A stretch of DNA of 64,000 bases from Candidatus Cloacimonadales bacterium (GTDB lineage Bacteria > Cloacimonadota > Cloacimonadia > Cloacimonadales > JAFGVF01). Both the position numbers and the translations under genes were made by a program. Each line of letters opens with the position of its first letter. Positions within the stretch are counted from its first letter, which is position 1. Below the pieces are notes generated by a model. It did not search any database. It was not told the DNA's origin and saw nothing but the letters and a program-made list of their open reading frames with translations. Location: the NCBI GenBank assembly GCA_963662585.1, contig OY759729.1:32001-96000 (forward strand). Direction: 5' to 3'. Positions 37,110 through 47,392 of this stretch are shown piece after piece.

Positions 37110-39266
37110 TTATTTATCAAGTAATAAATCAAAATATATATCATCAGTAACTGTAGCTACTCTTATTTTAACTTGTTGAGCTAATTGGAATTTCTGCTTT
37201 TTCTTTTTACCTGTTGCTATTAATCTTTCTTCATCAACAACATAGTAATCTCCAGGAATATTACTTAGTTTTATAACACCTGTTATAGGATATTTAACTA
37301 AAGTAGCAAACATATTAGAATTGTTCATTCCTGTTATAATAGCTTCATATTCATTACCAATTCTATCTTTCATAAAGTACTGAACCATCTTCTTCAAAAT
37401 CTCACGATATGCTTCATCACTAAGGGCCTCTTGCTCAGTAGCTATGTCTGCAAGCTCCATTAAAGATTTTGCTCTAAATTTATAACCATCTTTACCTAAG
37501 TAACTCTTCAGTTGAAGATGAACAACTAAATCTGATAATCTTCTAATAGGTGAAGTGAAATGAGTATAGTTCTCGATAGAAAGACCAAAGTGAATGTCAT
37601 GTTCAGTAGTGTATTTTGCTTTTTTCATGGATCTTAAAATCATCTTATTAAATACTTTCTCTTCGAAAGTACCTTCAAAAGATTTTAAAACTTCTTGAAT
37701 AGAGTGATTTAAGGTTCCATCAAACTTCATTCTATGACCATAATAATTTAGTAACTTAGCTATTTTATCAATCCTCTCTCTATCTGGTAATTCATGTACA
37801 CGATAGATAGTGGTTTTTGCTTTACCCTTTAAATATGTCGCGATATATTCATTAGCTAACAACATGAAATTCTCGATAAGTTTGTGAGAATCTGTTTCTT
37901 CACTTTCAATAATAGAATCTAAACGACCCTCTTCATCATAAATGTATTCCACATCAGGAAGTCTAAAGTTAATATAACCATTCTTCTTAAGTTTTGCGGA
38001 GAATTTGTGGGATATTCTGAGGGATTCATTAAGCATCTCTTTAATTTCATCGCTTTGATCAAGTTCATTAGTGGCAAAGTATTTATCTACTTCCTCGTAA
38101 TTCAATCTAGCATCTGAATTTATAATAGATTCTACAGCATACTGTTCTGTGATTTCGTACTTATCATTAAGTTTTGTTACTACAGAAACGGTTAATTTCT
38201 CTTCATCAGGTCTTAAACTACATATCTTGTTAGAAATATGTTCAGGTAACATTGGTATTACTCTTTTTGGAAAATAGAAACTATTTCCTCTTTTAGTAGC
38301 TTCTTTAAATGTTTCAGTACCTGGCTTGACATAATGACCAACATCAGCAATATGAACATAGAGAGTATAACCAAAATCTTCTTTTACGATTGAAATTGCA
38401 TCATCATAGTCTTTTGCTGTAATAGGGTCAATAGTAAGAGTAATAATATCACGGAAATCACTTCTGCGATTTATCTCCTCAATCCTGATAGATTCTGAAA
38501 TATCTGATGATTCTTGAACTACATTTTTAGGAAATTCTAAAGGAAGATTAAATTGCTTAATAACGCCTAAAACTTCTATTTCAGGATCATGAGCATCACC
38601 AAGAACACTGACTACTTTACCTGAAGGTAAAACAGCTTTGCTTTTATTTCCCCAATTAGTTATTTCAATTTCTACTTTCTTATTGTCTATGTTTTGATTA
38701 GGACTATCTACCATAATGGAAGTATGGATTTTATGATTATCACATACAAAGATGTAAGATTTTCCATATTTAGTAGCATTTCCAACCATTTTGTGATTAG
38801 CTCTTTCTACTACATTCCTTACAACACCATAGTATTTTCCATTCTTTTGCTTATAAGGCTCAATTTGTACTTTATCTCCATGGTAAGCATCAAGTAAATC
38901 CTCTGAAGATATAAAATAATCATTTTCTTCTGTAGTCGCAAAACCAAATGAGTATCCTTTACCTAAGGAAGTACCATCAAAAGTAGCATCAATCAAAGGA
39001 GAACTTACTTTATCATGTTTCTTTTTGGTTGAGCTTTTAGGATTGGCAGAAGTCGTGGCTTTACTTATTTCTTTAGCTGCCGTAAAGTACTGACCCTCTT
39101 TTATTAATAAATTATCTTTAATTAGTTTTCTAACTGTATCATTCAAGTTTTTATAATCATGTTTTTTGATAGATAAAATACTTGAGATTTCTTTCATTTT
39201 AAGTTGTGCACCAGGGTATCTACTGAATAACTGTAATACTTGGGTTTCTATATCTTTTATGTACAT
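37110..39266 (-). CDS. rnr: Ribonuclease R
   Basis: TIDPITAKDYDDA, HIADV, PMLP, IENFMLLAN, YTHFTSPIRRLSD, C-terminal S1 domain. Confidence 0.93.
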   Translation of the reverse strand: MYIKDIETQVLQLFSRYPGAQLKMKEISSILSIKKHDYKNLNDTVRKLIKDNLLIKEGQYFTAAKEISKATTSANPKSSTKKKHDKVSSPLIDATFDGTSLGKGYSFGFATTEENDYFISSEDLLDAYHGDKVQIEPYKQKNGKYYGVVRNVVERANHKMVGNATKYGKSYIFVCDNHKIHTSIMVDSPNQNIDNKKVEIEITNWGNKSKAVLPSGKVVSVLGDAHDPEIEVLGVIKQFNLPLEFPKNVVQESSDISESIRIEEINRRSDFRDIITLTIDPITAKDYDDAISIVKEDFGYTLYVHIADVGHYVKPGTETFKEATKRGNSFYFPKRVIPMLPEHISNKICSLRPDEEKLTVSVVTKLNDKYEITEQYAVESIINSDARLNYEEVDKYFATNELDQSDEIKEMLNESLRISHKFSAKLKKNGYINFRLPDVEYIYDEEGRLDSIIESEETDSHKLIENFMLLANEYIATYLKGKAKTTIYRVHELPDRERIDKIAKLLNYYGHRMKFDGTLNHSIQEVLKSFEGTFEEKVFNKMILRSMKKAKYTTEHDIHFGLSIENYTHFTSPIRRLSDLVVHLQLKSYLGKDGYKFRAKSLMELADIATEQEALSDEAYREILKKMVQYFMKDRIGNEYEAIITGMNNSNMFATLVKYPITGVIKLSNIPGDYYVVDEERLIATGKKKKQKFQLAQQVKIRVATVTDDIYFDLLLDK

Positions 39267-39267
39267 A

Positions 39268-39744
39268 TTAAAATCTCTTTCCTATTTTTTGTTCTAAAAA
39301 GTTAAGTAGCTCTTCTTTTTCAAGCTGGGTTTTAGAATATCGTACTGACATTCCTCGAAATGGATCCAATCGTCTAGGAGTTTTGAATGTACTAAGCATT
39401 ACTCCATGTTTATCTGAATAAAAACAACCAAAATCTTTGTATGGTCTCTCTACTTTAAAGAATAGGTACTTAGCTACAATTCTATTCTCATAAAAAGTAT
39501 ATCGACTTGGGATGAAATATGAACTGATACTAGCAAAAATAAGCATCATACTAATCCAATACCAACCAATTGGCAATAACATAGCATGTTCAATAAAGTA
39601 TCGTAATAGTACGGAAAGAAATATTAAGAAAACAACCAATAGGGTAGAGGTGCGTGGTCTATCTACAAAAGGAAAAGATACCCAATCGAAATTGACCTTA
39701 TCTTTTACTTTGAAATTATTCTTGGGTGGCTTCTTACTGGACAT
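39268..39744 (-). CDS. Hypothetical membrane protein (2 TM plus small soluble domain)
   Basis: Fills the gap between yicC and rnr, overlaps the yicC stop, two hydrophobic segments. Confidence 0.7.
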   Translation of the reverse strand: MSSKKPPKNNFKVKDKVNFDWVSFPFVDRPRTSTLLVVFLIFLSVLLRYFIEHAMLLPIGWYWISMMLIFASISSYFIPSRYTFYENRIVAKYLFFKVERPYKDFGCFYSDKHGVMLSTFKTPRRLDPFRGMSVRYSKTQLEKEELLNFLEQKIGKRF

Positions 39745-40615
39745 TTAAAATCATCTCCTTGCATTTATCTATTTCCTCTTTGATAGTAAGAATATACTCA
39801 AAGGTCTCTGGAATACTGAACTTAGATCCTAAAGTATTAGCCTCTCTGTGCATCTCTTGAATTATAAAGTTGAAAGATTTTCCAATGTTATCATCTTCTG
39901 ATTTGAGTAGATTTTCACATTTATTGATATGATCTAAAAGTCTGATAACCTCTTCATTAACATCATTTCTATCTACATAAAAGGCTGTTTCAACAACTAC
40001 ACGACGAAGAATGTCATCAGTAATCTCAGCCTTAAGCATCTCTTTAATATTATCTACTATTTTGTTGTATACCTGAGACTTATATAGAGGAATAATCTCT
40101 TTAATCTTCTCTGTTGCTGCTCGCATTAAAGATAGGGAAGATGTAAAGAAGTCTAACATTATCTTACCCTCATCTAAGGCCATTTTCTGATGTTCTAATA
40201 AAGCTTTCTGAATAGCACATTCTAATGTCTCTAAAAGAAGATCTTCATTACCCGTTTGGGATTTCATCTCTAAAATGCCCTGATAAAGCAAAATCCTGTC
40301 TAAGGAAACTTCCCCATCAGCTTTTAGTAAATCTTTAGCCCTCTGAGCTGCTTCCCAAATAGCTTTCAATTTTCCTTCATTAATCTTAAGTAAAGGTTCA
40401 CTAAGATCTGTAATATTAATTCGACATTCAATACTTCCACGACTTATAGTTTTCTTTATTAATTTGCTCACAAAAGATTCTAAATATGAATACTCACGAG
40501 CAGAGTAAAATCTGAAATCAAAGTATTTTGAATTCAAAGTTTTAATTTCTATTTCTATATCATATATTTCATTTGTTAAGTTATGCTTACCATAACCAGT
40601 CATACTTTTAAACAT
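39734..40615 (-). CDS. yicC: YicC/YloC-family endoribonuclease
   Basis: SMTGYG, EIKTLNSKYFD, EEVIRL, GKSFNFIIQEMHREANTLGSK, EMILNVQ. Confidence 0.93.
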   Translation of the reverse strand: MFKSMTGYGKHNLTNEIYDIEIEIKTLNSKYFDFRFYSAREYSYLESFVSKLIKKTISRGSIECRINITDLSEPLLKINEGKLKAIWEAAQRAKDLLKADGEVSLDRILLYQGILEMKSQTGNEDLLLETLECAIQKALLEHQKMALDEGKIMLDFFTSSLSLMRAATEKIKEIIPLYKSQVYNKIVDNIKEMLKAEITDDILRRVVVETAFYVDRNDVNEEVIRLLDHINKCENLLKSEDDNIGKSFNFIIQEMHREANTLGSKFSIPETFEYILTIKEEIDKCKEMILNVQ

Positions 40616-40640
40616 TTCTACATCTCCATATATCTTTATT

Positions 40641-40728
40641 TAAGAAAGGGTTAGCTCTTTATATACTCAAGTATACATAATATGCGTTATGGTCTTGATT
40701 GTATAAATGAGCAAATAGACTTCCCTTA
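40641..40728 (-). other. Long irregular RNA hairpin in the yicC leader
   Basis: Nested complementary blocks TAAG/CTTA, GCTC/GAGC, TTTATAC/GTATATAAA, TCAAG/CTTGA, CATAA/TTATG; additional G-U pairs favour the minus strand. Confidence 0.55.
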
Positions 40729-40741
40729 GATTCATTTATCT

Positions 40742-43702
40742 TTATTTTACAAAACACAAGCCTCTTTTTCCATCCATTTTGATAGTTAGAGGTTTTTCTG
40801 TTCTTACTACTTTAATATATTTAGTCTCTTTTATTAAATTGACACTATCTAATTTATTCCAATTAATAATATTATTCTCTTCACCAAAAGGAACTGAGAC
40901 ATAACCAATATTCATTGATAGAATATTATGAAAGAAATGAGTCCCTTGTGAAGGGTCAACTCTGAAGTTTTCCAATCCAGCTTCTACGATAACTTTTGCC
41001 ATGGAGATATTACTAAAGGCCACTGGAATTCCTAAGAATCTATCTCGTGATCCCCAACGACCTGGTCCAATTAAAACATAATGAATGTTTTGGTCTAGCA
41101 TTTCTCGATTAACAGCATCAATTTCATTCATGATTTCAATTGTTTGGGTATTATCAAATGATTGAGGCTTAACATAGAGAATATGGTCAAGGTCATCAAT
41201 CACTCCATTACCCATAGAGTACTTAGAATAAATAAGGCAATCTGCTGGATTTGCTTCTTGAGCATTTATCACAACATCTTCAGCATTAATTGATAAGGGT
41301 CTAATCTGCAAAATATAGAAAGTTGGTTTCTGAATTTTCATTTTATTTGGTTGCAGATTTACAGCAAATTCAATCTCTACTGGAACTCCCATAGCAACTT
41401 CTCCAATAGATAAGATATCTTCTAAAATTGCAGCAAGTGGAAATCTATTGTATTTTACAATATTATCAAAAGTAACAACAGGCATTCCATCACCAAACAT
41501 TCCTGAAATGAAAGCTCTACTGTTGTTATCCCAATATGATACAACTTCCTTCAAAGCTGGCTTAATGCTAGGATTTCTTATTGATATTTTTTTTAGACAA
41601 ACATCTTCCCCACTAAGTAGATCGTAAGAATCATCAGATAAATCTACTGCATAAAACTCCTTTTGCGAGTTTCCAACTAAATATTCTCCAGAAAGTAGCT
41701 CCTTTTTAGGATATTTCGGACAAAATCTAAATGTGTTTTCACCTTCTACCACAGATTTCCCCATTCCTACAGCAATCGTAGCGATTCCATCTGAGTTATT
41801 CAAGTCTGAAGTAGGATAGAAGTTGAATGACTGTGCTACACCAGAAAAATTTGGGAAATAATAATCCCCGTATTTAGAACCAGTCACTTCTTGAATGATT
41901 ATTGCCATTTTCTCTTCAGCAATCATATAATTAACATTTTCAATATAATCTCGTGCTTTCTTTACAAATATAGAAGAATATACTAACTTAACTGCATTAG
42001 TAAGGTCTTGAAACCGATCCAAATCATCTTCTGAAACATTCGGTAACATATAGGTAGAATATATTCCGGCAAAAGGTTGAGCTTGAGAATCTTCTAAAAG
42101 ACTTGAAGATCTTACAGCTAAAGGATTTTTTAGTTCAAGAACTACTTTATATAAGCGTTCTTCTAATTCATTTGACAACTTACATTCTAAGAAGTATTTC
42201 TCAATTTCTTCATCTGGAAGTTCAGATACATCAGTAGTTATATTATTTATTTCTATAAAGTTATCAAATTCATTAGTTCCGATGATGCAGGTCGCTGGGA
42301 TAGAGATATTTACTTCTGGGTAACTCTCATCAAATTCCATAGAGTTTAGCAAAGAGTTCATAAAAGATAAGCCTCTCCCCTTTCCCCCTAGTGAGCCTTC
42401 AGCAATCTTAACGATCTGATCTTCTAGATTAAACTCTGCATTATCAAAATTTATAATTTTACCTCTAGCTCTCAAAGACTTAACCTCTTTAAAGGTATTT
42501 AATAGAAAGCTTCTAAGCTCAACAATAGAAGCAAATTCACTAGTACTGATTGGTCTAATTTTCTTAGCAACGAGAAATTCACCATGCGCTATTAACCAAG
42601 AAGAAAAATGATTCCTTCTGGAATGGAATAAAAGACTTTTATCCGGAATATCAGCTAATATATTTTCAAACTCTTTAAGGGTGTTAGCTTTTCCATAAGC
42701 ATTTCCAACTTCATCCTTAAAAATAAAATCTCCATAACCTAAATTGGTTTTAATAAATACCTTAAGTTCCTTTATTAGATTCCTATCATGTTTTCTAATG
42801 AAACTAGCATTTTTACTTAGTACATCTGCTTGATAGTCTTTATTTGCTGATTGCATCAGTATTGGTAAATCTACATTCATTGAACGAACTTCATTAAGAA
42901 GTTTGATACCTGCTCCTAGATAATCATCACCTTGCTTTGGAAAGTCTATATCAGATATTAAGCAAACTATGAATTCTTGATATTTTTTATAAATTTCAAT
43001 AGCATCTTCATAATTATTAGCAAGCAGGACTTTAGGTCTTGCTCTCATTCTCAAACGCTTGTTCATATCATTCATTTCAGTATCAATAAGAAGTTGGGTT
43101 TGCTTCATGATTTCAGCATAGAGTAATGGTAAATAGGATGAATAGAAGTTTATAGAATCTTCAACTAATAAAATCACCCGAACTAATCCAACAGTTGTAT
43201 CAAAATCACAATTCCATCTATCTTCAACATATTTTATCATTGCAAGGAACAATTTGCTATCACCATTCCAGTAAAAAATATTATCTATATTGACCATCTT
43301 TTCTGGAAACTTCTTTATTAAATTTATATCTCCAGTATTATTCAGAAGTAAGAGAACTGGAGTTTCGGGAGACATTTTCTTAATTGCTGTTGAAAGCTCA
43401 TAAGGGATAGTTTCTCCTACCCTCATCATAGTTATCACTAAATCATAGTTATGAATAGAAATCTTCTTTAATGCCTCCTCTTTAGTTGGTACAGAGGTAA
43501 TACGAGGTATGGTAGTTAGATTTAAATGTTTATATTCACCAAAAATCTGTTCTGATAATCTTCCATCCTGTTCAAAGATATAAGCATCATAAAAAGAGGA
43601 GACCATTAAGATATCTTTAACTCTTTTCTTCATTAAATAATGAAAATTGTCTTCACCAAATTTGAACTTATTATAATGATAGTTTAACTGTTTTAAATCC
43701 AT
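40742..43702 (-). CDS. Receiver-like domains fused to PEP-synthase/PPDK-type ATP-grasp (PEP/pyruvate-binding) domain
   Basis: SSFYDAYIFEQDG, ILLVEDS, GSLGGKGRGL, PLAVRSSSLLED, FAGIY, EIEFA, ILQIRP, GPGRWGS, DPSQGTHFF. Confidence 0.85.
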   Translation of the reverse strand: MDLKQLNYHYNKFKFGEDNFHYLMKKRVKDILMVSSFYDAYIFEQDGRLSEQIFGEYKHLNLTTIPRITSVPTKEEALKKISIHNYDLVITMMRVGETIPYELSTAIKKMSPETPVLLLLNNTGDINLIKKFPEKMVNIDNIFYWNGDSKLFLAMIKYVEDRWNCDFDTTVGLVRVILLVEDSINFYSSYLPLLYAEIMKQTQLLIDTEMNDMNKRLRMRARPKVLLANNYEDAIEIYKKYQEFIVCLISDIDFPKQGDDYLGAGIKLLNEVRSMNVDLPILMQSANKDYQADVLSKNASFIRKHDRNLIKELKVFIKTNLGYGDFIFKDEVGNAYGKANTLKEFENILADIPDKSLLFHSRRNHFSSWLIAHGEFLVAKKIRPISTSEFASIVELRSFLLNTFKEVKSLRARGKIINFDNAEFNLEDQIVKIAEGSLGGKGRGLSFMNSLLNSMEFDESYPEVNISIPATCIIGTNEFDNFIEINNITTDVSELPDEEIEKYFLECKLSNELEERLYKVVLELKNPLAVRSSSLLEDSQAQPFAGIYSTYMLPNVSEDDLDRFQDLTNAVKLVYSSIFVKKARDYIENVNYMIAEEKMAIIIQEVTGSKYGDYYFPNFSGVAQSFNFYPTSDLNNSDGIATIAVGMGKSVVEGENTFRFCPKYPKKELLSGEYLVGNSQKEFYAVDLSDDSYDLLSGEDVCLKKISIRNPSIKPALKEVVSYWDNNSRAFISGMFGDGMPVVTFDNIVKYNRFPLAAILEDILSIGEVAMGVPVEIEFAVNLQPNKMKIQKPTFYILQIRPLSINAEDVVINAQEANPADCLIYSKYSMGNGVIDDLDHILYVKPQSFDNTQTIEIMNEIDAVNREMLDQNIHYVLIGPGRWGSRDRFLGIPVAFSNISMAKVIVEAGLENFRVDPSQGTHFFHNILSMNIGYVSVPFGEENNIINWNKLDSVNLIKETKYIKVVRTEKPLTIKMDGKRGLCFVK

Positions 43703-44399
43703 ATTCCCTTCTTTATTTCTTTCATTATTATATTGTGAATTGATTTAAATATTTGTCAATGATTTTCTCTTTTATTTTAAGAGTTTGACTTATTTAAGGA
43801 TTTAATCAGATCTCCGAACTGTAAAGATTGTTTACCAGCGTACATTAAGTGTATGAAATTGCAAACTTCGAAATATACATTGCAAAATATTAGCTAAATG
43901 CCTGTGCAAATTAATCAACAAGAGAAATTTTAGTTATTTTTCGATAGTAACAATGAACTCAAAGAATGTCCATCGTTTAATTTTAAAGTATAGGCTTTTA
44001 AAAAGTAGTTATATTTAGTAAAATATTATTAAAAAGCAACGATTACGATATAGTCTTAATGTGTTGGTAATGTGCTTATACAGCTAATAACACCATAATT
44101 TTTTTACTTTAACAAAATTATATTTTATAGCACCTCCTTTTTTTTCAAATGTAACAAAAAAAAAGTTGTCTAATTATTTTTATAGATTATTAATATAATA
44201 AGGAAAGCGAAATTGTTGAAAAAATGAAAAAAAGTTAACAAAATAAAAAAAAGTTAAAATTGTAAAAAATGCCTATATTTAGAGATTTTTTCCATTACGA
44301 TAATTGATAATTTTATTGCTTAAAATTAATAGTTGTTGACATAAATGGCACTATTTACTAAATATGTACTGTCATCATAAATATTTAAAGGGAGAAATT

Positions 44400-45383
44400 A
44401 TGGATAACAGAAAGACAATATTCAAGCTACTCAGAGAGAGTGCTGGAAGATGGGTATCTGGACAAGCAATTGCAGATGAATTAGAAATTAGTAGAAACGC
44501 TGTATCAAAACATGTTAAACTCATGAGAGACAATGGTGTAAAAATCCTTGCTTCAACTAACAGAGGTTACAGGTTTATGGATGCAGAAGACAAAATATAC
44601 CCTTATGAGATAATCCTTACAGATAAAAAACAATTAGTTGGAAACAAAATCTTTTTACATAAAAAGCTAGATTCAACAAATTCAGAAGTCGCAAGACAAG
44701 TTATCAAAAAACAAATCAAAGAAGGTTCAGTAATTATTGCTGAGAACCAATCAAAAGGAAAAGGAAGAAACGAATCAGAATGGGTAACCATCAAAGGAAA
44801 AGGTATCTATCTTTCAATCTACCTAAACCCTAGATCTGTTTTAGATAAAGTTACTTTAGTAAACTTAATTGCTGGATACTCAGCTGTAGAAGCAATGAAA
44901 AAAATAACAGGTTTAGAAGATTTTCAGTTAACTTGGCCAAACCTCATTACTTACAAAGGTACAAAGTTCGCTAGTATTTTAGCTGAAAGCTTTACTGACA
45001 TGGACGGTGTTGGTAAAACTGTGCTTGGTTTAGGTATGTATGTTAACTTAACTCCTAAAGAACTAAAAGTAATAGAAGATAAAGGTTTCACATCCTTGAA
45101 CGCTATCTGTGATAAAGAATTCAACAGAAATGAAATCATATCTGATTTCTTAAATATCTTTAATGAAGAATATACAAAATTCAAGAATAAAGAAATTAAT
45201 GAACATCTTGACCGTTGGGTTCAATACTTAGATATCCTTAACAAGAAAGTTAAAGTAGATATCGATGGCATAATCCACGAAGGTTATGTTAAAGGTATCA
45301 CAGATAAAGGTAAATTAATCTTCTCTACAGAAGAATATGATAAAGACCTTTATATCAGATACGGTGAATTCATAATCTCATAG
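44400..45383 (+). CDS. birA: BirA-like protein (winged HTH + biotin-ligase fold) with altered catalytic motifs
   Basis: SGQAIADELEISRNAVSKHV HTH, DSTN, QSKGKGR...W, TWPNL, KFASIL, GLGMYVN; GGGAG RBS before the ATG at 44400. Confidence 0.8.
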   Translation: MDNRKTIFKLLRESAGRWVSGQAIADELEISRNAVSKHVKLMRDNGVKILASTNRGYRFMDAEDKIYPYEIILTDKKQLVGNKIFLHKKLDSTNSEVARQVIKKQIKEGSVIIAENQSKGKGRNESEWVTIKGKGIYLSIYLNPRSVLDKVTLVNLIAGYSAVEAMKKITGLEDFQLTWPNLITYKGTKFASILAESFTDMDGVGKTVLGLGMYVNLTPKELKVIEDKGFTSLNAICDKEFNRNEIISDFLNIFNEEYTKFKNKEINEHLDRWVQYLDILNKKVKVDIDGIIHEGYVKGITDKGKLIFSTEEYDKDLYIRYGEFIIS

Positions 45384-45384
45384 T

Positions 45385-46506
45385 TTATGACTTTGTTGAG
45401 GAGATGACGCTATAACCTCTTCTAAGAGTTATGGTAGCATTTCCATAAACTTTAAGCATAGCTTTGTGAATATGTGTAATATTCTTAGCTACTATATATG
45501 CAGTTCCGCCTTTAGCCAGATTTGAGTAAGCATTATCTATAAATAGATCTGCGATTCTGAAGTTTGAGAAATAAGGTGGGTTACCCACAAATATAGTAGC
45601 TTTTTTCTTATTTAGTCCTTCATCTGTTAAATAGAACTGGCAATTTTCTAATTCATTTAATTCAGCATTTTTTTTAGCACAATCTAAAGCTCTGATATTA
45701 GAATCAACAAAAATAGTTTTTTTGGGGTGATAGTAGGCAGCTAAGGCTAACCCTACAGTTCCGATGCCACAGCCCATATCAATGATTATATCATCTTCAT
45801 TAGCTTCAACGACATCTATTAGAGCAAGAGCTCCTTCATCAATGCGATGGTGGGCAAATACTCCAGGAACAGAGAAATACTCGATACTAGGACGGTTAGG
45901 AAGGTTTAGTTGATAAGTATCATTATAATCTAAGTACTCAGGAAATTCAAGAGACTTTCTTAAAATCAAGACAAACTGTGTCTTATTAAACTTTTCTAAA
46001 GAATAACTTATAGAGAAAAGTCTTAAAAAATCTTCAAACCATTTTGCTCTTTTATCACAAGAGATAAATATTTTGCCTTTCTTTTTTAACAAACGATAGT
46101 GTTTAATAAAGATATCTTGATAATACTCTTTACTGTAGGTTGTACTATCAATTTGCAAAAATAATTGGGTTAACTTAGTTTCAGGTTCATAGTTTGAGGC
46201 ACATAGGTTATTTAAAGAAGTTTTGTTTAATCTTATATTCTCTTCAACTTTCTTGTAATGATGAAAGTCTATATTAATAACATTAACTGATGCTTCTGGA
46301 TAAGTCTTTGCCAAATAAATAGGCATGACACCAGTACGATTATTGATGAATAGAGTATGGGCAACATCATCTTCTTTAATTATCTGATTGAGAAGATTAA
46401 TTTCTGTAGGGTGAAGTCCTGATCTTGAAGTTACTTCCAAATTTAAGTCAGCGAAATTTTCTATTTTTGATTGTTTTTTATCTGTTTCAGTAATAATAAT
46501 TTTCAT
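45385..46506 (-). CDS. RsmC/RlmG-like small methyltransferase (MTS domain)
   Basis: PGVFAHHRIDEG, DMGCGIG, NPPY; degenerate N-terminal MTase half. Confidence 0.8.
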   Translation of the reverse strand: MKIIITETDKKQSKIENFADLNLEVTSRSGLHPTEINLLNQIIKEDDVAHTLFINNRTGVMPIYLAKTYPEASVNVINIDFHHYKKVEENIRLNKTSLNNLCASNYEPETKLTQLFLQIDSTTYSKEYYQDIFIKHYRLLKKKGKIFISCDKRAKWFEDFLRLFSISYSLEKFNKTQFVLILRKSLEFPEYLDYNDTYQLNLPNRPSIEYFSVPGVFAHHRIDEGALALIDVVEANEDDIIIDMGCGIGTVGLALAAYYHPKKTIFVDSNIRALDCAKKNAELNELENCQFYLTDEGLNKKKATIFVGNPPYFSNFRIADLFIDNAYSNLAKGGTAYIVAKNITHIHKAMLKVYGNATITLRRGYSVISSTKS

Positions 46507-47306
46507 TAATTTTCTCCTTGTATTGAAGCAACAACTAAAATCCCATTGCCAATTTTGTTGTCTCTCTTTTGATCAATCTTCATAAAGATAGTAAATATCG
46601 GGAAAGTAAATAAATAATATATTGGTAATAACAAGAAGGCTAATTTACTTTTTTGCAATAGGGTAAGAGGTGTTTTCATGGCAATTTTCCAATACTTTGC
46701 CCCATACTTACCATAAGTGTATTTTTTACTATCAATCTTAAAACCAGCACTTTCTAACTTTTCTATAAGATCACTAAGATCATAGCCTGGTCTAACATGC
46801 TCTTCTGTGAAGGCTGCTGCTTCATCGAAAGTACTAGGTGTTGATATTATAAGTTTTCCCTCTTTATTAAGAACTTTGCGGAAGTTATTCAATACAGCTC
46901 TATCATTTTCAATATGTTCCATAATATCTATAGCAATAATTAAATCGAATTTATCAGAAGGAGTGTAGGTTTGTAAATCAGCACAATAATGACTAAATCT
47001 TTCTTCTTTAGGACTTCCCTTAATGTAATAATAATATTTTTCTATATAATCATCTTTAATGTCCACAGCAAATACTTGTGAATTTTGGTATCTAGAAAGT
47101 ATATAATCAGAATACTGAAGATATCCCCCACCTGCGTCGTACATCTTAAATTTTGCACTTCTATCTGGCTGGATACTTTCAATTAACTTAAAAACATATT
47201 GTTGTCTTAAAATAAGACATTCCAAAGCTTTATAGAAAAGTTTCCTGCTCCCTGGTATTACTGAGATTAAAAATGCAATTTTATCTTTGACAATATCGTA
47301 TTTCAT
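46506..47306 (-). CDS. Class I SAM-dependent methyltransferase
   Basis: DAGGG, DIMEHI, GKLIISTP, HVRPGY. Confidence 0.8.
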   Translation of the reverse strand: MKYDIVKDKIAFLISVIPGSRKLFYKALECLILRQQYVFKLIESIQPDRSAKFKMYDAGGGYLQYSDYILSRYQNSQVFAVDIKDDYIEKYYYYIKGSPKEERFSHYCADLQTYTPSDKFDLIIAIDIMEHIENDRAVLNNFRKVLNKEGKLIISTPSTFDEAAAFTEEHVRPGYDLSDLIEKLESAGFKIDSKKYTYGKYGAKYWKIAMKTPLTLLQKSKLAFLLLPIYYLFTFPIFTIFMKIDQKRDNKIGNGILVVASIQGEN

Positions 47307-47392
47307 ATTTATTGCTCCTACTATGAAGATTAGGTAATTATTAAAATAGCTTAATTATTGTCAAATCTAAAAAATACAAATAGGATTTTGTA

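Noticed and set aside
40641..40728. SRP (4.5S) RNA or 6S RNA
   Set aside because: It lacks the SRP GGAA-tetraloop/AGCAG motif and is too short for 6S.
40742..43702. Calling this gene ppsA or ppdK
   Set aside because: It lacks the C-terminal PEP-utilising barrel and has N-terminal receiver-like domains.
44345..44360. Sigma-54 promoter (TGGCAC...)
   Set aside because: There is no GC at the -12 position 10 bp after the GG.
43703..44399. Canonical BirA operator or a small coding ORF
   Set aside because: No TGTWAAC-N14/15-GTTWACA palindrome was found, and the ORFs are under about 25 codons with no RBS at proper spacing.
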